From NCBI RefSeq assembly GCF_036321535.1, contig NC_087436.1, positions 16,740,001-16,804,000 of the forward strand: a stretch of DNA of 64,000 nt, read 5' to 3'. The translations under genes and the position numbers were made by a program. Under the pieces are notes generated by a model. That model had not been told where the DNA came from. It saw only the letters and a program-made list of their open reading frames with translations, and searched no databases. This document shows positions 11,780 to 22,965 of the stretch, piece after piece (position 1 is the stretch's first letter; every line of letters begins with the position of its first letter). This stretch comes from Camelus dromedarius (Eukaryota).

Positions 11780-14060
11780 AATAAATATTACAAAGGCAAA
11801 ACACATTTATTAGAGAAAAATCAGGAAGTATACAAACAAAAAGAAGAAAAATATTCATAATCCAACCATTTATAGACAGCACTGGTTTATATTTTTCCAA
11901 ATTGTTTTCTTCTTTTTTATTTATATCTTTCCAGACTAAAAATTTTATTTAGTTCCATAAATTGCATTATGTGATTAATAATTATTTTCTTATTAAAGCC
12001 TACTTTAATCAAGTGGTAGTATGTCATAAAGAACTTTCTAAATATCAAACTTTCACCTTATTTTTCTAAACAAATGAATAACATTTCATAGTATGGAATC
12101 ATCATAAATTGACCAATAAACTGAGGGACATTTGTGCTGTTTTATGTATGCCATTGTTTTATACAGCATGGTGGTTATAATTGACAATACAGTGTTATAT
12201 ACTTGAAAGTTGTTAAGAGAGTAAATCTGAAATGTTATCACCACAGTAAGTGTAGTTACATGAAGGGATAGGAGATGTTAACTAACTTTACTGTGGTAAT
12301 CACTTTGCAATATATACATATATATAATCATCACATTGTACATATGTTATATGTCAATATATGTACATATGCACATATGTTATATGTCAATAATATCTCA
12401 ATAAGGCTGGGAAAAATAAAAAGCCATTGTTTTAAATAATTGTTCCAGGAATATCTTTATGTATAATTCATTGAATACTTATTAAATTAATTCCTTAGAA
12501 ATACTCCTAGAGGTAGAATTGCAATGTTTAAAGACAGGCATATTTTGGATTTGATGTAGGTTGCTATATTCCTTTCCAGAAAAGTTGTGCCAATTTACTC
12601 TTCTATCAGAAGGGAATTGAGTCGCTAACTTAAATCCTTCTCTCCCCCAAACACTGGGCATTAACAGTCATATTATTTTTGAATAGATAGCTGAGTATTA
12701 GATTCTTGTTACAATTGTTATCATTAGTGAGATTGAACATCTTTTTCTTGTAGCTATTGGCTATTTACATTTCTTTTATGGATTGTCTTTTTGCGTCTTT
12801 TGATATATTTTTTAAACTGCAGTGGTCATCTTTTTAAATTGTTTTAAAAGTATTCTCTATTGATTAAAGATATTAACTCTTTGTCATGTTTACTACAGCT
12901 ATTTTTCTCAATATTTCTGTTTGTCTTTTAATTTGATTTATGGTATATTTTCTTGAACAAAAGTTACAATTTTTACATGTAAAATCTTTCAATATTCTCC
13001 TTTATGATTTCTTGGTTTTGTTTCATGCTTAGAAAGAATAATCTCAAGTTAAAACTATTCTAATTTTAAAAATATATTATTGAATTTTTATATATAAAAC
13101 TATTGCTTCTGGAATTTATTTTTTGTGTGTTGTGATGTGAGGTAAAATATCTTTTTCCTAAATGAAAAGTAATTGTCCCAATTATATATGTTTTATAATT
13201 CATTCTTTCCCATTTGTTTGAAATTATTCTTCTATCTTCTGCTTAGTTCCCCACTATGTGTAGATGTATCTGAATTTTCTATTCTCCCTCTTACTATGTT
13301 TATAGTAGAATAAGGGAAGATTTGATAGCTTCCATCTTTTATGAGAATTAATCTAGTATTTCATCATTAAGGATATTTTCCTTGTGTTTATTTGAAAATA
13401 TTTTGATCATGTTGAAGAAATTTCTTTTTATCCCTAGTTTACTAAAAGCCTTAAAAATATATCATCATGGATGTCAGTGTTTTTTATATCATTTTTCAGG
13501 ATCAATTGTTACTCTCATTTATTTTCTTACTGTGATGACTTCATTGATAGATAGCCTAGTGTTGAACCTTTCTTGCCTTCTTTGTATAAAGACTACATGT
13601 TTCTGATGTTAGTTTTAAGTAAACACTGGATATGAATTTTTAATATTTTGCATAGGAGGCCTGCATTTATATTTCTAAGCAAAATTGACCCATTGTTCCT
13701 GCTTCAGTCATTTTTTTTGTCAGGTTTTGGTACCAAGTTTATGCCAGACTCAGGAAATAATTTTATGTACTTTTTTCTTCTGTTTATTACTATGCTCTGG
13801 AATTCTTGAAATAATAATTTAACTATATCTTCCTTGAAAATTTGAAATCATTAATGTAAAAAAGCACTGAATCTGGCAGTTTTTTTGGGGTGGGTCTGTG
13901 ACAACTTCCTCATTTTTCCCCCATGGTTTTATTTTAGTTTTCCTCTCCTTTACATGGTTGAGTTTAGTAGTGTGCATTTCCCTGTAAGCATATCTCTAGG
14001 TTTTTAAAATTTTTAGCATGGTATTTTTCAAATTACCCTCTCATACTGTTTTCAGTTTCT
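11780..14060 (-). mobile_element. Old L1 (L1ME-like) 3' end and ORF2 remnants, interrupted at 12162-12422
   Basis: CCTAGAGGTAGAATTGC, TTCCAGAAAAGTTGTGCCAATTTACTC, TAGTGAGATTGAACATCTTTT, GTCAGGTTTTGGTACCAAG. Confidence 0.75.
12162..12422 (+). mobile_element. 5'-truncated L1 (L1MA-like) 3' end with 12-bp TSD
   Basis: TACAGCATGGTG...ACTTGAAAGTTGTTAAGAGAGTA...CTCAATAAGGCTGGGAAAAATAAAAA. TSD GCCATTGTTTTA at 12150-12161 and 12423-12434. Confidence 0.9.
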
Positions 14061-14099
14061 TTGTGTTCCTGATTCCTTCCCTTTTCGGGACAGTTACCA

Positions 14100-14350
14100 G
14101 CATAAGTTGGTAGATGAGAGTACGGGCTTAGGGGCCACACTGCCTGAATTTGACTCCTAGTGCCACTGTTTCCAAGGTGTGTGGCCTGGGGTAAATTACC
14201 TTGTTTCTCCTCCCTCCCTCCCCACCCATAAAATGGAGAAAAAGATAGTTCCTACTCAATAGGGTTATGGTAAAGATAAAATGAGACAATATTTGACAAG
14301 TGCTTAGAACAGTGACTGGCGTATATAAATACTCTGTAAGTATTTGTATT
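14100..14350 (+). mobile_element. MIR SINE, near full length
   Basis: CTGCCTGAATTTGACTCC...ATAAAATGGAG...AATAGGGTTATGG...AAGTGCTTAGAACAGTGACTGGC. Confidence 0.85.
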
Positions 14351-15569
14351 GTTAATATTATTTGTCCATAATTTTGTGGCTATTCCTTTTCTCCCTTAAA
14401 AATCTTAGACTAGTTGGTGATTTATATATTCCACTTGTTTTGCCTTATTATTATCTCCTAATTTACCATCTGCTCTGATTTCCTCTCTTTTTTTGTCCTT
14501 TACCATATATGTCTTTATAAATTACCTCAAATGTGATAAAGCATTTGATAATAAATGCTTTAAAATGCTTAAAAACTTGATAATAAATGCCTTATTGTGT
14601 TTGAGGAAATTTATAAAGTTATATATGGTATATCTTTGCAGCAAGTATAAATAAGCAAAATGTACACTTAGGCAATCATAGGTGCCATGCCAGTATTCTC
14701 TTCCAGAATAACAGATGCCAGAGTTCAGATCCACTAGGGAATCCTCTGGCTGGATGATATCAAGGAGGTTGAGTTCTCCTTGAACTGACATATATTTATC
14801 TCCTGTTGCTGCCAAGCCTTCCACTTTTGTTGAACAGCACTTAGGGTGCCTATTCTGCTTGGTGGGGAGGCTCTACAGGCCAGTCAGCAGAAGGCCAAGG
14901 TGAAGCAAGGATAGAGGAAGCCTTTTGATGTGACTCTTATTCTGGTTCATTCTTTCCGTCTGGACTTTCCACAAACTGAGAGGCATCCGACCTGGGCTCT
15001 GAAAGCATTTACAGAACTCCTGAGGACAGTTCATGCTCATCAGATCCATAGAGCCTTGTGTCTATATTCCCTTGTCATTCACGCATAGCTTTGGTCACAG
15101 CAGTTTCCCTCACGGTTGCCCCAGTAGATTTGTCTATCCAAAGGCTTGCAAGAAGGTATTTCCTGTCTAAGGAAAGAGTCTGTGTTATTGGGAATAGCAT
15201 AGAATTTCAAATTCTGTTTTATTGCAATTATACAAAAAATGCAAGATTACAAAAGAAGCCAGAATGAGTCCTTTTTTATTCTCTAGTTAGTGCAATGCTT
15301 AGCAATGTACGAACACTGACCATATTGGGCTTAGGGTGTGATGGGATTCTCAGTAATCTTGAGTCACCCAGAGATGTGTTGCTTCCTCTGGGAGGGTAGA
15401 TGATGGTGGGGTTTTCTTTGCCTTTTGGCTAGGGTTTTGTAAACCTAACAGGGCCACTGTACCAAGAGCTGGTGCTATCTGGCAAAGTAGGAGTTACGGT
15501 CCCTTTTATAACTTTCCAGCTACAATTATGAGCTCATGGTACATCCAGACGCAAATTTCTTACCTTATT

Positions 15570-15815
15570 TGAGACACTGTAGAATGACAGAGTGGGGAAC
15601 ATGAGGCAGTGAAAGAAAGAAAACCAAAAGAAGGGTGTGTTATTGAGGTTGCTGCTGTAGGCAATGCGGACAGTATACCATCTGAACCTTGGAGAATTGT
15701 GCCGAGTGCTTCTCAGAATTGTCTACCCTAAGAACAGGAGGCTGGAGCAGGAATCCATAGACTTCCATCACCCACCGGTTGAGAGTTGACCTTTGAGGTG
15801 TTGACTCCCCTCCTC
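15570..15815 (-). mobile_element. ERVL LTR fragment (LTR33/LTR16 group)
   Basis: GAGTGGGGAA...AAGGGTGTGTTATTGAG...CTCAGAATTGTC...GGTTGAGAGTTG...GTGTTGACTCCCC. Confidence 0.6.
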
Positions 15816-18026
15816 TACTCATCACTGTGAATCCCCTTGTTTAAGGGAAAATGTCTGGGCCCTGTTGTTTTATTTTTGCTTTTGGTTTTTGAATTCATAC
15901 CTGAGTGTATTTAGTTCCTAATTTTTTGGCTTTGCTGGCTGTTTTCAGACCTTGTGTTTGCCCATTCTGCTAATGTCAAAATTGGCTTCTTCAGTTTTAA
16001 CTTTTGCATTCTCTCAGATATTGTATGACAAAAACAAAAACAATTTTGTATATTGTCTCAGTGTTGTTTACCTGCATCTGGCCATCCCACTCATTCAAGC
16101 TTGACTCTCCTGGAATCTAGTCTTGCTGTTCATCTTAGCTTCTTTGCTAAAACTCAAGTCTTTGCCAGAACGCTGCTGGAGCATCAGATCCTGGTCCAGG
16201 GAAGGTAAGGGGGCTAAAGGAAAGATGTGTCTAGAAGAATGATTAGCTCCAGCTGTAAGCTCAAAAGGAACACCTTGGTGGGAAGCTGGCATCCAGGACT
16301 CATCACAGGCAGAATCCACTCTATACCCATTGCTGCCTGCTCTTGGGTTTACTTTTGGTAATAGTACATCTCTAGACCACATGCCTCCCATTTGCTGCCT
16401 TTAACCTGGGCAAGTTCCTCAATTTCTTTGACTTTTGGTTCCTGAAGCTGTAGAACAATACTACTAGAAAATGATAGAACCACCTCAATTGGATTGTTGT
16501 GTCTGGCATGTTAGCTACTATTATTGTTAGAATCTTGAGTTTTCCAACAGACTTGTTTCCACTCAGCAATCGGAACATCTCCACAGTGGTTGCTGTCTGG
16601 GCTGTCTTCAGAATCAGGGCTTCCGAAGTGTGTGGGACCCAGTATGCCAGCTCCTCCCCACCCTCTGTCTTTGCTCTTTGTCTTCTGACATGGAGACCAC
16701 ATAACCTACTTTGTCAGAGAGTTAACAATCAATGTCATCCACTTTCTTACATAATACATGTTTCAGGCTGTTTATATACGTTAACTGCTATAATCCTTCT
16801 GGAAGCTAGATTTTATAATCTTAAAAAAAAGAAAACCAGAACCAACACTAAAACAAAGCAAAACAAAGCAAAAAGCAAAAACCAGAGGCTCTGAGTGATT
16901 ACATAACTAGGCTAAAGTTATACATTCAGGAAGGATTCCTATCAGGATCCCAATTGAGGCTTTCAATTTTAAGCAATTCTTCAAATGGTGAACTTCTTCA
17001 GCATTTTATCCTCTAGCTACTTGGCCTATTGTCTTAAGACAAAAAAAAAAAAAAAAAAAAAGAAAAAACCTCTATTTAAATATTTAAAAAATCTCATCAT
17101 TTTTATTCTCTCATTCTAAACTTGAGAGCTAATATTTGGTAAATATACCTTGGCTTGTTGACCATTGTTGCAACAATTTATTCCTTGTTTCTTCCATCTT
17201 GTGTTCTTGAAAGGATTTGCTATACTTTCAGTTAATCTCTGAAAAGCATAGAAAGATATCAGCATCTCTTACTCACTTTTTCCCTCTTGGAAATATTTGT
17301 GGCAGCCAGGCCTTTCTCCACTTACAGAGATCAAAATAAAACCACTTACAGAATGGAATGTTTGAAAGCTTCTCTGACTTTATTTCAACTTTGGTGACAT
17401 TCCTGCTTGATTTATTACTAGTTTGGTGTGGGGAATTCAAGTAAAAGAAATTGCCAGATGTAAGAGATATAGTAATTACTGAAAAGGTGAAATTTTGGAG
17501 CCTTCTGTATTTGGACTAACTCAAGCTTCTAACCAGCTCTGCATTTTCAGGAAAATTCCAGACATTTAAGTTTTGCTTTTCTTCAGTTTTCTTATCCACT
17601 GTCCTATTTTTCATGTATCAGATGTTTATAGTTTTTTTTTAAACTGAGTTCTAATGTCAAAAAGAAAGATATCACCAAATGAACACATGCGTGTTCATTT
17701 AGAAGTCCAAAAATCCTGAAATCTTTTTTAGAGTGTGCCTAGTGTGATATAATGGTGAAAAGTTACGAGCAGTGTTGTTGGTGAATTATGACCAAGGTCA
17801 TGGAAAACACATTGCTTTTTTTAGTGGTTGCATGATTATCAGGCCTCTGATGATAAATCTGCACCCACTGGAAATGCAGTTAACTTACCTTGGCGATTTT
17901 GATTTATTAGCCTTGCAATGGACAAGGTTGCCCATTTGTTAGTGCTTGTTTTATATTTGAATAGCTTGAAAGCATATAAATTAAAAGCAGAGCTTAAAGT
18001 TTGTCTAGCTACTTCATATTTCATAG

Positions 18027-18189
18027 GAAGCATCTGATCAGAGAACTTCAACTTCAGTTATTTCTGTTGTGATACTATTCAGATTTTAATATAGTGAGGA
18101 CATCTGATTTGCATTTTAGAGCATCTTTGTGATCAGTCCTGAAATTTCAAAGAACTGTCAGAACTATAATAAAAACATGAAAATTACAG
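18027..18189 (+). other. Candidate internal exon ending in ATG AAA ATT ACA G (possible start, MKIT)
   Basis: Acceptor TTCATATTTCATAG|G, donor CAG|GTGAGC. The only ATG in the exon is at 18177 with A at -3. Non-repetitive context. Confidence 0.45.
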
Positions 18190-18642
18190 GTGAGCAATCA
18201 GCTTCATTTGGGGAGTAAAATTTAAGCAGTTTAAAGGGAGGATATTGAAGAACTAGTGATTGATGAAATTTTTTCTGTTTAGCTTCTCTTTGAGCTTTTG
18301 TTCAAAATAGATGTGACCTTGAGGGCTTTTATTAAAAGTTGTACTTAATTATACAGAGGCGTTTTCCAGCATTCTACGCCTGGAACGGCCTAAAGAAGAT
18401 TTTTGAATGAATTAAAGGATAGGACTAGAATGAGAGCTTAATGAATATGGGCTTTGAGTACCCAAATGTAGAATGCATTCCGAGGTTAAACTGACCATAG
18501 AAGCAGTTATGTGTCAGCCTAAATTCTCCTTTCTCCTTCCTTACTGCAGTCTGAGGCAGTCTGAGGCACAGCACCTGAGGTTCCTTGTTGCAACCTGAGG
18601 CATAGCACAACAATAGGAGCTTTTGAATGTTGGTCCTTGTAG

Positions 18643-18835
18643 CAGCTTTTCTCAGCCTACACCGTATTGCCCTTTGGGGCTGGATAATTCCTTGTTGTTG
18701 TGGGTAGGATGGTGTTTTGTGCATTGTAGGTGGCTAGATGCCAGTAACACCACCCTCAGTTGTAACAACCAAAAATGTCTCCAGACGATGCCAAATGTCT
18801 CCCAGGGGTAAAAATCACCCGATTGAGGTCCACTG
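18643..18835 (-). mobile_element. MER20 hAT MITE
   Basis: TTTTCTCAGCC...GGATAATTC...GCATTGTAGG...TAGATGCCAGTA...CAACCAAAAATGTCTCCAGAC...CCAAATGTC...AAAATCACCC...CCACTG. Confidence 0.9.
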
Positions 18836-21779
18836 TTTGACACTGATGATGCAGGAAAGAGAGAATGACCAGTGTTAAGGTATCCATCTTGAAGACATCA
18901 CAGTGTGTACATTAAAATAAGGTGCCATTACAGTATTTTAGTCCATTTGCCACTAAGCCCAATCAAGCTGAGCTCTTATAAGTTTAAACCAGGCAGACAT
19001 TGCTGCAGTGTTATTTCTGTATCCTTTATCTGGCAACTGTGCAGCATTTGATGGTTTTGCATTTGATGTTGCATTTGAATCCAATGTTGAAAGTGATCAA
19101 GTCTTTTGATGTAATACTTGGCATTTATAAATATTGAAGTTCTAATCATCATGGACAATTATAATTCTATATTGTTACATAATGTTAAATATTTTAAGAA
19201 ATGAAAAATAAGGAATGTTCATCCTTCAGTCAACTTTTCTTGATTCTTTTATATCTTACATGTTACAAGTAGAGACATTCCTTCTCTGAGACATTTTACA
19301 TTTTCTGTGATCAGTTTTCATGTTCTTTACAAAGGAGCCTAACCTGTACTCTTGTCTGGAGTAGAAAAACTCACCTTGATATAAGTAATGTGATAGTAAT
19401 AGCCAATGATCATCTACTACATCACAAGGAAATATTCTGATTCTAGAATTCTTTTGGTAACTAAGGAAGACAGGCATATGTGAGAAGTAGGAAATGATTG
19501 CAAGGTTGCTATGATCTAGAAGACTATTTCGCTTATTCATTTCTTATTTGGAATTGGCTTAAAAATTTAAAACAATGTATAATTGGATTATTAAAGATTA
19601 AAAAAAGAACAAAGGAAGAATACAGGGACTAGGTACTACCAAGCAACTAAGGTCATTATAACTTTGGGACAGTGAATTAATTTCTAGAAGTTTTGTTGGG
19701 GCTAAGGCAAAAAGGTAAGTAGTTAAGTAGTATTAATTGAGTTAAGTAGTATTTATTACCTGTGTTTTAAGAAAGCTTTTAAATTGTTCTGCAAAGCACA
19801 GTTTTTTTTTTCGCAGAATATGTCCAAAGAAATAAAGTTTCTTAGGATTTGACAAAATTACAGAGTTTTTTTGGCTTAGAGATGTTGAGATACATAGTCA
19901 ACAATATTTTCTGTTTTATAAGACAGGATAGTATTGTCAATTAGCTCTGAGTTCTGTACCTCAGAGGATGGGAAACCAATGGACTCAGAGAAAAATTTTA
20001 AGGTGGAGGCTACTGATAAACCACGTCGTGTAAAACAAACAACTAAAGCCCCCTGGCCAATGTCTGATTTTAAGTAGTGTTGCATCCTCACGCAATCTCA
20101 GTTACAAACTATATCTCATGTAGCTTTGTAAGTTGGTTTACTTATTTGGGCTACTTAAAATATTCCATTTTAAAGCCAAAGAATTTTGCCAAATGAAATA
20201 CATTTAGTGTTAACACTGAGCTGTTATGATTGTTGTCAGAAGAGACCAATACTTCTTTGAGAGGTATTTGAGAGGTACAAAAAGAAAATAAAATCATGCC
20301 GTCTTCAAAGAGTAGGACACTGTTGTTTTTGTTGCTATCTTTTAAAAATCAATTCTACTGCTGAGTCATGTTGTTCAAATACAGATTTGTGAAATGTACT
20401 CGGACATAGACTTATTTAATCTCTTGAAATATTTGTATGAATGAGGCGTGAGAAAATTCCCAGATTTTAACTGCAGTAATATGATTCAGACTCCAGAGTG
20501 GTAGTATATAAGATTTATGTGAACATTCTACACTTTTTACTGTTGATAGTCTCTGTCCATTGGGTCAGTTGCTAATGATAGACCAAGGAGATAGATCAAA
20601 GAAATTGTTCAGAGAAATCATTCTTAACTGTTGTTAAGTGAGATGGAACAGAGGTGAATAATGATTGTTGGAATAATCATTCTGGGCATCTGGTTGATAT
20701 TTGTGATATGTTATGGAAAAAATCTGTCATGGAGTTCTGGAAACATAGTAAAAAATATTATCAGTCTATTCTTTTGGAGTGATTAAGTGTAAAAACATCA
20801 CTTTTTCCATATTAAGTAATTATCATATAGACTTAATTAAGGTAATTAGTTTGATAAAGATTGGATTGTTCTTTCAGGACAGGTTATGAATACAATTCTG
20901 GTGATGAGATCATCATTTTCTAGAGCTGTTTCCAATATAGTATAGCTAATTACATGTTTTCAGGGGGAGGAAGTTACAGGCTTCCAACATGATTTCTGAA
21001 ATGGACATATCAAGCTAAATGATCATTTTGTAGTGAAATTAGTTGTTCAGTATCTGATGGAAATTTGCACTTCAGTATTTCCTCTTAGAATGTCTTACAA
21101 TTTTTAAACATACTTTTCTATATTTGAGAAGTTTGGATAGTGTGCAAAAGGTTTTATTCTGATGAGTATTAAAGAACCTAGGACCTAAGCTCTGTTTGAT
21201 TTTCTGTGTCTTAAGCTCATCAAGAGAGTCTCCTGTTTATTTTTAGAAATGTAAAAGAATTCAGAAGATTCTTTCCAACTGCCTCCTGCCATTCAGGCAA
21301 CTCCTTTGTGAAGCCCTGGATCCCAGCATGTTCCTAATGAAGTGAAGATTTCCAGTTCTTGGGAGATTTGTAATGAAGCTTTAGGGTTCTAAATGGGTCA
21401 GAGCAGATTTTGTACTTTGTCAGGGTTGTGAAAAAATCCAGTAGGCAATCTGTGCTAAAGATTCTGGAATAATAATTTTGGCACCTGCTGGTTTCTTTGT
21501 TTTTCTAAGGAAAGAATATTATTGAGGACTTACCAATGAAAGAGTTCTTTAAAGGTATTCCCTCTTGAGAGATCTATCACTCTTGCTCCAGCTTAGTATA
21601 AAGGTGACTCAGACAAGATTCTAATAATTTAAGTAAAAAATCATTTATTTGACTTGGAGACTTGGTACTATCTAGATCTATTTTCTACTTAAAATTAAAC
21701 ATGTAGAGAAACTGCCCTAAAGGGTACCCAGCTCAGTTCTTCCTCAAACTTCAATAGGTCCGATTGGAGAGATGAAAAA

Positions 21780-22965
21780 ATATTCTTGAATTCTTTTATT
21801 GATAATTTTCTCTCCTCTGTTTTCTCTTCCTGGAAATCCTGCTTTGCAATTGTTGGATCTCCTAGACTGCTCTCCTACTTTTTGTGTCTTTCCTTTCCTT
21901 TTTTAAAAATCTCTTTGTCCTATTTGATCTGTTTTCTGGGAGATTACTTTGGTTTTATCTTCTAATCTTTATATTGATTTTTAGATTTCTTCTATTATTT
22001 CCTTTGGTTTCTAAAAGTTCTTTCTGTTGTTGCTCCTTGAATATTCCTTATCTGTGGCATTTTGGGCTCTTGTATCATAAACGAGATACCTTGACTTCTT
22101 GCTCTGATTTTTTAAAAAAAAGTTTTTTTTTTCCTCCCTGAATAGTCTCTGTGTTCTACAAGTTGCTTTTTAAAAAGTAGTTTGTTTTGGCCTATCTTCT
22201 CAAAGTAGGGGACTAAAAAGCTTCTTGGGAGCTCTGAGCATTTTAGCAATGTCAGATTTGAGTTTTATTGTGAGTGACCTGGTTGGGCCATTAATAGGAC
22301 TGATCAAACTCCCTAGAGAAGTGTGTTCAGATCTTTTCCAGAGGGAAAAGTTCTAGTGGCCAGTCTTCTGGCACTGGCAAATGGGTTGGGGGTGGGTGGG
22401 GTGCAAAGAGGATGTCTCAGCACTTAGCCTCCTATATGTGAAGTTACTTAATCCCTTTGTTTTCAGTAGATCTCCCACATCCTCAGTTGCTTGGGTGGGA
22501 TCCTCCCAATTCAAAGACCCTCTGTTTTACCCTTTCCAGACTTTAGTGGGAGTAGTGGAGATGGAAAGGGGGCAGGGTGAGGGACATCGCTCAGCAAAGT
22601 GGAGTAGAGGAAGACACATAGGTATTTATCTGACCACTTCTCAAATACCTTTTTTCCAATCCTCCTTATTTTAGGTTCCCACCTGCCACCCCCCTTTCTC
22701 CCACTTCTAGAGAAACTGGTGTTAACCATTTGCAGAGCATTTGGGGGAATGTAACTTGTCAGTTCTCAGCCTTTCCCACTGCCCACTTTAGACTGAACTT
22801 TCTTGGTCTGGTAATTCAATTACTATTTGTGCACCCGCTTTCCATCTTCCAAAATTTAGTTGCCATTGTCTCTTCTCCTGCTCTTTCTGTTCTTATAGGT
22901 TCATATCTTTTAAAAAGGCCAAATTAGATTCTTTTGTTCTATACACTATCTTGCTCTGGAACACC
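21780..22965 (-). mobile_element. HAL1 / old L1 ORF1-type element
   Basis: T-rich reverse ORF1-like sequence (TGTTGGATCTCCTAGACTG, TTCTGGGAGATT) plus GGACTAAAAAGC...GGAGCTCTGAG, as recalled for HAL1. Confidence 0.65.
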
